Positions 1 to 12,122 of a stretch of DNA of 64,000 nucleotides are shown here, piece after piece (the first letter of the stretch is position 1; the number at the start of each line of letters is the position of its first letter). Below the pieces are notes generated by a model. It did no database searches. It was not told where the DNA came from and worked only from the letters and a program-made list of their open reading frames with translations. The translations under genes were made by a program, and so were the position numbers. The stretch comes from Felis catus (lineage: Eukaryota), in the NCBI RefSeq assembly GCF_018350175.1, contig NC_058368.1, positions 165,542,001 to 165,606,000 of the forward strand. The letters run 5' to 3'.

Positions 1-1240
1 AAAAAAAAAAGGTGTGCAACTGGACCATCATAAGTTAAATAGAAATGAACTCTGACTTAAGTTTTACACCTTAAAAGTATTATTCCAAATTGATCATAGA
101 GTAAAATCTCAAACATAAGACTACACAATTTTTAGGAAAAACAAGAAAAATATTTTAAATTTAGGAATGGGCAGGATTTCTTAGACTTGGCACCAAAGTA
201 CAATATATAAAAGGAAGAATGAAATCGTGGATTTAAAGAATTAAAAACTTTTGCTCTGTGAAATACCGTTAAGAAGATGGAGGAGAAAAAAAAATGGAGC
301 TACCAAGTGGGAGAAAACATTTCAAACTGCCTATTTGACGAAGAGTAGTATCTAGACTAGATCAGTAATATATTGCCAACCTCAATAATAAAAGAACAAA
401 ACATCCAATTAGTAAATGGGCAAAATACATAAACTTTTCAAAGAGTATGCACAGATGGCACAAACATGTAAAGATGTCCAACATTATAGTCATTAGAGAG
501 ATGCAAATTAATACTGCAGTGAGGTATCAGTACACACCTATCTAAATGTCTCAAATTTAAAAAAAAATTGTTTTTAAGTGTCAACACCAAATACTGGCAA
601 GGGTGTTGAAAAGAACAAAACTCTTACACTGCTGTTAGAAAGGTAAAATAGTAGATCAGCTCTGGAAAAGAGTTTGTTTCTGAAATCTAAATATATAATA
701 ACCATAAACTAGTAATTACACTCTTGGGTATTTATCCCCCCAAAATGAAGATTATATTAGCACTAAAACCTGTACCCAAATGTTTTTAGCAGATTTATAA
801 TGTCCAAAAGCTGGAAACACAGACACCTTTCAAAAGATAAATGAATGGCTAAGCAACTGGTACATCCATATCAAGAAATATTTCAGAGCAATAAAAAGGA
901 ATGGGTTGATATGTGTAACACATTGGGGACTCAATCCACAGAGAATTATTGAATTATAGAATATCCTGGAAGGTTATAAGCATAAGATTTCATTTTTCTA
1001 ACATTGCTAAAATGACCAAATTGTAGAGATGGAGAATGAATCAGTGGTTGCCTGATGCAACTGTCAAAGAGCAACATGTGGGATCTCTGGAAGAGTGATG
1101 GAAATATTTGGAATTCTAACTATATTAACACCCATATGATGGTTTTGCTAAATGTTATCAGTGGGACAAAGAATGCATGGGATGTCTGTTTTATTTCTTA
1201 CAACTGTATGTGAATCTATAATCATCTTAAATTTTTAAAG
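1..1240 (+). mobile_element. Ancient LINE-1 3' portion (end of ORF2 plus 3' UTR; L1MC/L1MD-like)
   Basis: Degenerate L1 motifs: aattaaaaacttttgctctgtgaaa, gagagatgcaaattaatactgcagtgaggtatcagtacacacc, ctcttgggtatttatccc. The terminal ttatttcttacaactgtatgtgaatctata is typical of old L1M 3' ends. Confidence 0.8.
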
Positions 1241-2140
1241 GGAAAAATCAATAGTAGTTTTCCATGTATTGATACAGACTAATGCACAGAGTTTAAGCAT
1301 CAATACTTGCTTTAGCTTCCTATCTCATGTGCAGTATTTCTAGTTTACTTTATTTGTAAGGAAGTAAATGTTCAGCTGCTACTTTCAAATGTAGAACACA
1401 GCAATCCATGTTTTAACCATTGTTTATATTTTAATTTCTGTTCCTTTGTATAGAAGTATTGTTTTTGAGACCAGCTATTTCATATTTATTAGAAATCAGT
1501 ATCCTGTCTATATCTTTTTCTGCATCTTTATCTGCATATGCACCCATATCTATTTACCTAAATTTATTTTAATAAGAGTAAGTGCTTCATGGTGTTTATT
1601 TGTTTTGCAATCTTGATGGGAAGTACCTCATGAAAATAAATGTTTACAAAATGTGCTGGCACCAAATCTTTCCTCAGTGTGGAGTATCAAGAAACATGTC
1701 ATAAATAATTGTGTTCAGAACTGAACAACTGTTGAGAATCTAGAGTTGATAAGCTTAAAGTTTCATTGCTTAAAATAAATGGTGGATGTTTGAGATGTTG
1801 AAATTTTCTTACCTGTTTTCAATGTTTAATCAGTGTGGAGGAAGTGGATACAGAAAATTTCCTCCCAGAAGGGTAATAGACCAGGGCAGGAGTTAGATTA
1901 GCATAATTTCAGTAAAACACAGACCAGCAACACTTCAAAGATTGTGAAAGCAAGCATTTGTCAATGATACAACTGAGAAAACTCTCAGTGATGGTGATAG
2001 CATGGATCATCTCTGTTGGCATTACAAAAATGCTTACTGATCAAGTACTGTCAAGATGAGATGAGGGTAGAATACACCAATAAAGTGATTACTTTTGCTA
2101 CCTATTTTCCATTATTTATTCAATAATTTAAATATATATT

Positions 2141-2355
2141 AGGGCATGTGGGTGGCTCAGTGGGTTAACTGTCGACTTTGGCTCAGGTCATGATCTCCTG
2201 GCTTGTGAGTTCGAGCCCCGCTTCGGGCTCTGTGCTGACAGCTCAGAACCTGGATCCTGCTTCAGATTTTATGTCTCCCTTTCTCTGCCCCTTCCCCAGC
2301 TTGTTCGTTCATTCTCTCTCTCAAAAATAAACAAACATTTAAAAAATTTTAAAAA
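2141..2355 (+). mobile_element. Can-SINE (felid SINEC)
   Basis: A-box ggtggctcagtgggtt, B-box gagttcgagccc, gctgacagctcagaacctgg, CT tract and A-tail. Confidence 0.95.
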
Positions 2356-2359
2356 ATTA

Positions 2360-2700
2360 CATACATTTACTCAAAAATATTTATAGGATAGCTACTTGAT
2401 ATTAGATATAGTTTTAGATACTGGAGGTGGAAAAAAACTGCTTATTCTTTTACTATGGTGCCTGTATGCTATTTTAAAAGATTAACAATATTCAGGCAAA
2501 CAAACATATCAAGAAGACAACACAATAGTGGTGAGAGTTTTAAGACAGGGATGTTTCATGTAGTTTTTCAAGACAAGAATTCTTTCAAGAGTTGATAATT
2601 TAGCTGAGATCTGTAAAAGAAGAATGGCTTATCAATGAAATCATATGTGCAGAGATATTTTTTGAGCAGAACTAGCAAGTACAAAATTCTTAAAACAAAA
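2360..2700 (-). mobile_element. L2 3' fragment, degenerate
   Basis: catttactcaaaaatatttataggatagctac…gatactgg resembles the reverse complement of an L2 3' end. Confidence 0.45.
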
Positions 2701-3058
2701 ATTATGACTATGTTTACACTCAAAATGTGTTTTCAGAAGGCAAATACAAAAATATATTGTTAAATTTTAACTACAATTAAGAAAGATGAAGTCTTTTTTA
2801 TATTAGTTTCTGAGATATACTTTAGGTGTGAGAATTCCTAACTGTACCTGAGAAAGGTGGAAAGTTGCACACAGCTATCATCTCCTAATGTATAAATGTA
2901 CATTAAGCTATGTTTATCTGCTAATCATGTGCCCTAAATGCTAAAAATGTATTATCTTAGCAAAAGATATTTTGAGGCCTATATAATGTCTATAAACAAA
3001 CTTTTGATACTAAATATCCTGACAGCTACCAACATTTCCTCATTAACCATAAGTCTAC

Positions 3059-3271
3059 GGGTGCCTGGGTGGTTCAGTCGGTTAAGCATTCGACTCTTAA
3101 TCTCAGCTCAGGTCATGATCTCTCAGTTCATGGATTCAAGACCTGTGATGTCAGCACAGAACCTGCTTGGGTTTCTCTGTCTCCTTCTGCATGTCTGTCC
3201 TTCCCTGCTCATGTCCGTCCTCTCTCTCTCTCTCTCTCTCTCTCAAATATAAATAAATAAATCTTTAAAAA
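3059..3271 (+). mobile_element. Can-SINE
   Basis: gggtgcctgggtggttcagtcggttaagc…(CT)n…A-tail. TSD ataagtct at 3049-3056 and 3272-3279. Confidence 0.95.
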
Positions 3272-6200
3272 ATAAGTCTGATGAATAAAACTCTAATTTA
3301 TTGGTAGTTTTCAGGAAGAATATGAAGCAATATATGAATGGATTAAGTAATGACATGGATATTGTACACATAAGGTGGATGTGTTGACCACAGTTTTACA
3401 GGTTAATAGCTTACTGAATTATTTTCTCCCATACTCTAAAAATATGGTTCACATCTTCAAATCTATTAGCATCACTAATTTGTCAAATAGGTTAACAGTG
3501 GAAGACTTGTCTGATATAGAATTGAGTAATTCCATCAGAAAAAAAAAACAAAAACAAAAAAACACAAGAAGAGAAGAAAAAAACTCAAGTTGCCAAGTTG
3601 TAAGTATTAAAATTTAAGTGCTGCAAATATGAACACATTCTAGCTAATTAAACACTAAATTCTAGAAAATTAAACACTAAAGTATCTATAAGAATGTGCA
3701 ACGCCATTATCACCATCCTTTTCAGGGTTATGATTGCTGTTATCTTCCTAGATATTTATATGCTATGTTTTAATTTTTTTAAACTTGGGAGGAATACATA
3801 AACATATTTTCAGTATAAAAGTATTCAGAGAACAAAGATGAAAATCAAAACCAAAAACTGCCATAAACCCTTGATTGTCAATCCTTCAGTTCAGTTTCTT
3901 TGTAAAAGTTAACAACTGATAATCATTTGGATTTGTTCCTTATAAACCTTTCTATTAAACCTGTTATTTTGGATTCAGGGAATGGCTAATTGGTTCTCTT
4001 TTACCTTTCCTCTAACACTTTATGTTTCAGAATCCTCTTTCCACACTGGATTTATAATAATACTAATGTAGATGTAACTTCAGTTCATCTAGTCTGTCAA
4101 AAAAAAAAATTGAGGTTGAGAGAATCTATTCAGTGTCCACTTAATGACACTTCTTAGAAATTAGAAAATAAAAACTGCCTAGACATACATGTCAGGTGTA
4201 TGTTTAACAGATAAATGTAAACAGTTAACAGTTTAACACATAAATGAAATAAACAATTGACATATTTAGGGAACCATGAATGCCCAAGTTTTGCATCTAA
4301 GGATATCCGCCATGCACGGACTCTAGGTTTTAAGGAATGTTAAGTATTCACAAAGATTAACATATAAAACCAAAATAAAATTGTGGAACTTTGCTGTGGC
4401 CTCACTTCCAACAAGTTGACCTCCCCACTGAATGCAGGTAGATATGTAAAACCCCCTATTTTCACTAATTAAAGTCCCTAGTAAGACATTCATATTGCAT
4501 TCTTCCTTATGTTTAACACCCAACCCAGAATTCCTTTTTGGGTTTTGTTTCATTTCATATTTCCTCTGACATGAAAGCAACTGTTAAGAGAATAACTGAG
4601 AGCTAAGAAAGTTGGCCTTTCCTAGGCCACTTTACTAGTTCAGGCTATGAATGATCCAAAAGAGATCTCTTGTGAAAAAGGAGATGAATTGAATAGTAGG
4701 AAAGAAGTGCCTAAATCTTGGACTGGCCACTTTCTAGGTACTTTTACTACAGTTTTGGAAACTTTAAGACAAGGATTTGGGTAATCCTGTGGTAGCTTCC
4801 GGAAACATAAAATGGGTGCCAATAAGGCTTTAAATATGTTAACTAATTAGAATTACTGTATATTACTACCTATATCAAATTGTAGACAAATTATTAAGTG
4901 TATATAAGTCTATAAGGTGAATATAACATCAGAAACTGAAAACATAATTAAAGTTTTCAACAATGGCAAACTTGTATGTGTGTTAACAGATACAAAATGA
5001 AATACTCTCTCATTGCAGGTAATCAAACCTACAGATCTTCATCAAATTTCTTCTATCTACTCCGTCATATCAGAAGAATCCTCATCAAGGATATGGTTTT
5101 TCTCAGTTGTATTGTGAATCAACTTCTAATGGAAACCTTATGGTTCCTCCAGTATCTTTGAAGAGTTATCTTGACCTCAGGAACTTGACATTTTGAGAAG
5201 TGTAACATAGAAAATATGAAGTCCTATTCTCTGAAAAGTACCTAGATTTATATTATAGGTAGATTAACATTTTAATCCTTTATTTTTTATTCTTAATAAT
5301 TTTAATCTATTTTAATCATTTAATTTGAAACAGAAAAATGAAATTTGCCTATGAAAGTTTAAAAATCTAGCAAAAGCTTGCTTGTGCAAAATATAGAACA
5401 CAGTATCCATGAGCAGAAACAGGTTTATAAAAAAATTGTTTTGTGTTTCAAAATGAAAAAAGAAACACAAATATTTGTCACTGAATATGGCAAATAATTT
5501 TTCTTAGAAAAATTTAGATTGACTGATTCATACACTTATCATTAAAACAAAAACACACCAACAAATCTTAATGCATTCAGATAAATTATAACAAGGTAAT
5601 ATAAACTCCTGGTAAACTATCAAATGTTCTGTAATAACAAAATCCTTCTTTGCATAGCAATTAAGTTACTCTAAGAGTTTAAGATATTTAGCATTCAGTT
5701 TTCAAAGCTACATTAAGAATGTTCAAATTAGTTTCAAAATAGTCAGTTGAATGTCTTCCTGGCAATAGTGAAATAACAGAACCAGTGGACCATCAGTGAT
5801 ATTCCTTTTTCACAATACAGTGTGATAGGATTTATAGGATAATGTACCTCTTTCCCTTAAAAGAAAATACAACAAATCTGTGAAATAAAACTTGAAAACA
5901 TAAGAGTTAAATAGTATTTAAAGGAAAGGGTTTGAGTAAACACATCACTAGATTAGCCTTCTGAATATCACTGCATGATCACAAAGGCCATAACTTTTCA
6001 TGGCTATCATTTGTTAATACATATTTGCCCCACCTTCTCTGGGATAAATGAGAGCCCAATTTTCATACAAGAACATTTTTAGTAGCCTGATATGAGTACA
6101 AAATGCTGGCTATTGATTATTGCCAGTTGAATTGCCAAACAATGTAGAAAAGTCATCCTTCATGCTGTATGTAAATGCAGAGCTTTAAAAAATCCATGAG

Positions 6201-7053
6201 TACAATAAAATGTTTTATATATGGTGTTTTATAGCACCATAATTTTTTTGTGAATCAACAGTTTATGGAATAGAAATGATGTAAGCATGAAGAAGAGGGG
6301 AAAAAAGATAAATTCAAGGTTACAACAGAAAACTAGGGGCAAACAGAAGGCAAGATTCATTGAAGTACCTATCTCTTAGGTCTTCAAACTGATGAATTAA
6401 AATGACTGGAGTATTATGCATTTTTTTTTAGAAGTCAATGTTACTTCATAAAGACTAAAGCCCTTGAATATTGTGAACATTCCTCATTCCTTAATGCAGA
6501 GTTACTCAAATAATTAGACACATATTTCAGGGCAAATCATAGAGGATATTATGTATTTCTGCTTCCTTTTATAGGAATTAAGGTGAGACTCCATTTTAAT
6601 TTCATTTCATAAGGCTCCACAATCAAGAAAAAAAGCCTTATTAAGATTTTTTGATGCTTTTATAAAGGATCACCAGGTCATTTGGACGAATTGTTCCACT
6701 GAGAACAATTAGAAAAGGTAGGAGACTTACATTTTAAGGAATCAGAAACCTAACAACATTAGTGAAGAACTACCACACAAAGATCAGGAAGAAGATAAAA
6801 ATTTTGGATACTTGACTCATCTTCTGGGCTATTTGTGCTTTGGTAACTTTAGCCTCTCCTGACTCTCATGAAGTTAAAAAATTAAACTTAACTGCTGAAT
6901 AAAATTTTTTGTGCCCAGTCAGAAGAGATGAGAAAAGGACCATACACTGAGGTATGAGAAAATTCCTGAAAAAGTTCAAAATTTGCTATCATAATTATAT
7001 AAATTACTATTTAACTACATGGAAAATATAATTACAATATTCTTCTATGTTTG

Positions 7054-9032
7054 TGTTATGGCCTGAATTGTGTCCACGCCGAAGTCTTATGTTGAAGTTC
7101 TAATACCCAAATCTGACCATACTTAGATAGAGCTCTCAAAGAGGTAATTAAAGTTAATTGAACTCGGAAGAGTGGGGGCCTTCTAAGAGAAAGAGCGCTT
7201 GGAGGTACATAGAGAAAAAGCCACGTGAGGACATTGAGGAGGCAGCCCTCACCAAAGCTAAGCCCACTGGCACCTTGATATTGGACTTCCACACAAAATT
7301 GTGAGAATATAAATCTCCATTGTTAATTTGTTTTTCTTTTTCCTGTTCAGCTTGATAGCTTACCATTTTTCTGTACTCTGGGTTGCTGATCCATTCTTCT
7401 GCTTCCTCTATTTATTCCCTCTAACATATTTTTAATTTCAGTTATTTTCTTCCCCTCTGATCTGTTCTTTAGGTGTCCTAGCTTTTTGTTGAGAAAAGAG
7501 TAGAGTTGCTCAATAAGACTCCCAAGTCCAGTGAGTATCTTTACGACCATTACTTTAAATTCTCTATCAGGCTTATTGTCTGTTTTGTTTAGAACCCTTC
7601 TGTGATTTTGCCCGGTTCATTTGGGGCATATTCCTGTGCCTTATTTTGTCTAATTTTCGGTGTCTGTTTCTATATGTTAGGAAAGCCAGGTATATCTCCT
7701 GCCCTTACAAATAAGTGACTTATCGAGAAGAAATCCTGTTGTCTCCCATACTTTAATGTCCCCTGTTCTCCTGGCACTTCAGGGCTATCTCCTAGCAGTG
7801 TTGCCTATGCTCTACTTTTGTGGCTCAGACACCTTTGCCTTCACTCCAGTCGTCTACAAGGACTCTCTCTGCCTGTTGTGGGCAGGTTTTGGTCCTTGTG
7901 TTGTTAATGGGCTGGTCTGGGGCTGCCTTGGGCTGGATTTGGGTCAGACCAAGCATTTGCCAGAGCTGAGGTCACACAGAACTCCAGGCCTATCTCCCTG
8001 GGTTATGTCCTGGAGGCTTTTGTTAGTGGGTACAGCCTACAGTCAGACAGGGTATCTGCCCGCAGCCCACGAACAGGGCCACAGTCTGGTATGTGTGGTT
8101 ATCTTCCTCACTTTCTAGACCAGAATCACTTTGGAGGGGTGCTGGCCCCTGTTAGGGCTGCTTGCATGATGCCATACTTGCAGTGCTGGTTTGGATGGAC
8201 TCCTGCCAAGGCCAGGTTGGAAAGGTCAAGTCCGCAGAATAGCACAGGGGTGGAGTGTGCTGTTACCAAGTTAGGAGGAGAGAGTTTGCTGCACTAGTTC
8301 CTACAGGTGTCTGTGTATCTAAGCTGGTAAGCAGAGGAGGGAAATTGTGCCACAGCTCTTTCATTCTTGGTGAAGTCTCCCAAAGGTCTCTGCCTTTCAG
8401 GCACAGATTATAAGTCAGTAAACAGATCTCTCTCCCTCCTGTATACCCCAGTATTTTTCAGACTGTTGCTTCTAAGCTTTATGTCAGTGGGGCTGTTGGT
8501 TGCACTATCTCTATAAGTGTAAGGACTCAGTTTCCTCTTGCCCTATAGCTATGCCAGAGCCTAACTTCTGCTTTTTAAAGTTCCACGTGTTAAGCCCCAC
8601 TGATTTAAGAACTGGACAAGTTAAGCCCCTGTTTTTAAAAACCATATGTTTTGGAGATTCCTCTTCCCAGGACAGGATTCCCATTCCTGATGTGGTGTGG
8701 GGTTTGCTGCTTTCCTTCTCTATGCCTACAGTGGCCCTCCCTCCCACACGGAGAGCCTCACAGGTCAGCTTTGCTCCTAATTGCATCTCCGCCCTCCTTA
8801 CCATTTTCCATGTGGCCCTTTCCCTACATTTAGCTATGGAAAGTCTGTTGTGCTTGTCTTCTGGTCGTTTTCAGGGTTATTTACACTAATATGAATGTTA
8901 TCTAGCTGGATCTGTCAGATGAGGTGAGTTTAGGATCCTCCCACTCCATCATCTTCCCTGGAAATGGTCAAATTTTTTTAAAGCTACCTATTCTGTGGTG
9001 TTTTGTTATGGCAGCCTGAGGAGACTGAGACA
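7054..9032 (+). mobile_element. MaLR solo LTR (MLT1A/B-like), split by an L1: pieces 7054-~7325 and ~8975-9032
   Basis: Starts tgttatggcctgaattgtgtcc and continues to …ttgtgagaatataaatctccattgtt. Resumes taaagctacctattctgtggtgttttgttatggcagcctgaggagactgagaca, giving TG…CA ends. Confidence 0.85.
7326..8965 (-). mobile_element. LINE-1 5' fragment (5' UTR plus N-terminal ORF1), with no ORF2 or 3' end
   Basis: The minus strand begins ggaagatgatggagtgggaggatcctaaactcacc, an L1 5' terminus with a decayed YY1 motif. ORF 7347-7550 (VVKILTGL…KKITEIKNMLEGIN) matches the ORF1p coiled coil. Confidence 0.85.
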
Positions 9033-10394
9033 TCTTGGAACCTATGTAACACATTTTTCAGCAGTGCATGAGATTTACATTTCTAGCAATGAAGAAATGG
9101 AATGATCTGCTATTACCCTCCCACCATAAACCAATAGAAATATGGCGAGAATATAGAACACAAAATAATTTTTTACTTAGACAATAGGTAACATACAACT
9201 GATGCCTGAGAAAAGAGACCAATTTGTTGAGTCCTAGCATTATATGGACTTTTTAAACATGAAACAATTCTCAGGGCCCAATAGAAGGAAATCCACAACA
9301 GATCACAGATCTGTCTTGAAAGAAAATACAGAAAATGGATTTCAGGGAAAAAAAGTCAAAATGGGTAGAACTCATGGCAAAATAACCAAGTTGAGAGAAC
9401 TACATAAAGAAATAGACAGTCTTTAGCTGAATACAAATCTGCAACATAGGGTGAAACCAACCAAGGGTAGATAAGACAAAGTTGAGAAAATGAAGTCATT
9501 ACTTGGTAATTTTAGGTTTAATAATTACAAGAGTTAAAATAGGGCTGGCAATTATTAGTTTTTACCTGCCCAAGTGATGAATGAACAATATAATGAGCGG
9601 AAAACTAAATATTCTGCTTTATAATTATAATTCAATTAGCTCTAGAATAAAGGTAAGCATAGAACCACACAAAAAGAGCATTAAAATAAACTGAAATGAT
9701 CAAGCTGGTTTTTATACAATCTGCTTGAAAGTTGGTATTCCTAAGTATGCAAATATGAAGTGAAAATATGGCATCTGCACCAATACATGAAGAAATGAAG
9801 TAATGATTTAGTTGTAATTTACTAATGTATAAATGAGGTGGAACAATATTTTAAGGTAGATTATTAAAATTTGAAGTTGTATCATGAGAACCCTAGAGCA
9901 ACCACATGTATACACATATACACAAAGGTGTATTTCATAACTCAATGAGACAAATAGAAAATGAAGAGTGATATAAGCATAACTTATAAACTACATGAAA
10001 ATTAAGAGGTATATACATTTCAGTTAAAGACATAGCGCCCAAATATGAATATAAAGTGATACCCAGTGTACAATATTATCAACCCTCAACTATAAAGTCA
10101 TGAATATGTACAGAGTAAAAGAATGTGGGAAAAAAAGCCAAGGGTAAGAAAAATCAATGTAGCAGAAATTACCAATATTAATAAAGGACTAAAACCCAAT
10201 CTTAATATTAAAATTGTAACTACATTTTCATACCACTGAAATTGGGAACAAAGGTTTCAACCCCTATCACTTCTATCTAGTATTTTTCTGACGATTCTAA
10301 GGAATGCAATAAAGCCAAAAAGAAAGAGGAAAGGAGAAAAAAGAAATGGTCAAAAAGTATAAATTTTGTAATCTATAAAGTCAGACCATTTTTA

Positions 10395-10596
10395 AATGTT
10401 TATTTTTGAGAGAAAGAGAGAGAGACAGAATGTGAGCAGGGGAGGGGCGAGAGAAAGGGAGACAGAGAATCCAAAGCAGCCTCCAGGCACTGAGCTGTCA
10501 CTACAGAGACCGACACAGGGCTCGAACTCACCAGCTGTGAAATCATGACCTGAGCTGAAGTCAGATGCTTAACCGACTGAGTCACCCAGGTGCCTC
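10395..10596 (-). mobile_element. Can-SINE
   Basis: Reverse-complement SINE. 15-bp TSD gtcagaccattttta at 10380-10394 and 10599-10613. Confidence 0.95.
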
Positions 10597-11200
10597 ATGT
10601 CAGACCATTTTTATTTGCAGAGAACAATCATTTAAATAGAATCCTAATGAATTTTATAAAATGCTAACAGTATTTAAGTTGACTTTCTTAACTATAATAT
10701 TATACATAATAACTCAATAATAACTCATTAAAAAGAGAAAGGCTGAAAAGCATGTCCTAATTTTCCCTCCTAGTATTTTAAATGCAGAATAACAAATTAA
10801 ACCAAATATGATAAATATAAGACATTTCCAGTCCGATTTTCTAGATTTATGAGACAACACAAAAATGTGTTTCTTTGACTAAAAATTAATGAACTCTTTG
10901 GGCTGTTTTTTGGCGAATAAAATTTTTCTTTTACTACACTTCTATTCAATACTCTACTGGATATCCTAAGCAGTACAATAAGGTGAGAAATGGAAACAAA
11001 ATACAAGAGTTAGAAATACTCATCATTTGTATGCTTATGTAAGTTAATATAATCCATAAATAAAGTATTCTAATTAATAAATTAGTATAGTCACGTTTAC
11101 AGAAAAGATGTAGTTACTACACAAGTTTGTAATCTATCCATTGCCTCTGATTATGGTCCAGAGATTCTGTTCCCAAGAAATAAAGAAGGTAAGCTACTCA

Positions 11201-11400
11201 GGGGTGCCTGGGTGTCTCAATCAGTTGAGCTTCCGACTCGGTTTCAGCTCGGATCATGATCTCACAGTTGAAGAGTTCGAACCCTACCTCGGTCTCCACA
11301 CTAACAAGGCAGAGGTTCTTGGGATTCTCTCTCTTTGCCTTTCTCTCTGCCCCTCCCTTTTAGTGCTCTCTCACGCAAAACAAATTAAAAAAAAAAAAAA
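11201..11400 (+). mobile_element. Can-SINE
   Basis: SINE body with poly-A. TSD aaagaaggtaa(g/c)ctactca at 11182-11200 and 11401-11419. Confidence 0.95.
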
Positions 11401-11544
11401 AAAGAAGGTAACCTACTCAAATCTCCTTGTAAGAATATTGACCTCTTAGCAAACAAATGGTATTTTCTAGTGTAACAATACGTGTGACAATATATATATA
11501 ACTTGTCCATATTACTTATGAAATCTATAGATTATCGTATAAAC

Positions 11545-11600
11545 TAGGACTCAAACTTCTTTCTGTAAAGGGGTCTGAGAGTAAATATACTAGGCTTTGC
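11545..11600 (+). mobile_element. MER58-like hAT-Charlie terminal fragment
   Basis: caaacttctttctgtaaagggg…agtaaatatactaggctttgc matches the MER58 left end and is similar to the copy at 45608. Confidence 0.55.
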
Positions 11601-11898
11601 AAAAATCTATAGTACCTGATATCAAACTTAATGATAAATCACTGCTTTCACCCAAAGACCTTGAAAAATGCAAAAGCATCCACCTTCACTTCTTCTACTC
11701 ACCATATCAACCAGAGGTCTCAAATAGTGCAATTTGGGGAGAAAAATAAGTACAAATTACAAAAGAAGAAATAATGCTGTCTTTTTTTATCGGAAAACAT
11801 AATTACCTACATAGATAATTCTAAAGAATCGACCAAATTTTAAAAGAGTTTATTCAACAATATTGCAGAATAAAATCAATGTAGAAATGCTAATTCCA

Positions 11899-12122
11899 AG
11901 GGCACCTGTGTGGCTCAGTTGGTTAAGCGTCTGACTTCAGCTCAGGTCATGGTCTGGCGGTTTTTGAGTTCAAGCCCAGTGTTGGGCTCTGTGCTGACAG
12001 CTCAGAGCCTGGAGCTTGCTTCAGATTCTGTGTCTCCCTCTCTCTCTGCCCCTCCCCTGCTCATGTGCTCTCTCTCTCTCTCTCTCTCTCACAAATAAGT
12101 CAACATTAAAAAAAAAAATTAA
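11899..12122 (+). mobile_element. Can-SINE
   Basis: Full SINE. TSD agaaa(t/g)gctaattcca at 11883-11898 and 12123-12138. Confidence 0.95.

Noticed and set aside
1808..2014. Minus-strand CAG|GTAAG donor at 1813 with possible upstream acceptors
   Set aside because: Acceptors are weak and there is no recognisable frame; isolated splice-like motifs are expected by chance
4976..5200. Acceptor-like ctctctcattgcag followed by short open frames
   Set aside because: No recognisable protein in any frame and no paired donor
7756..8889. ORFs of 60-129 aa
   Set aside because: They lie within the GC-richer 5' UTR of the L1 fragment; chance ORFs
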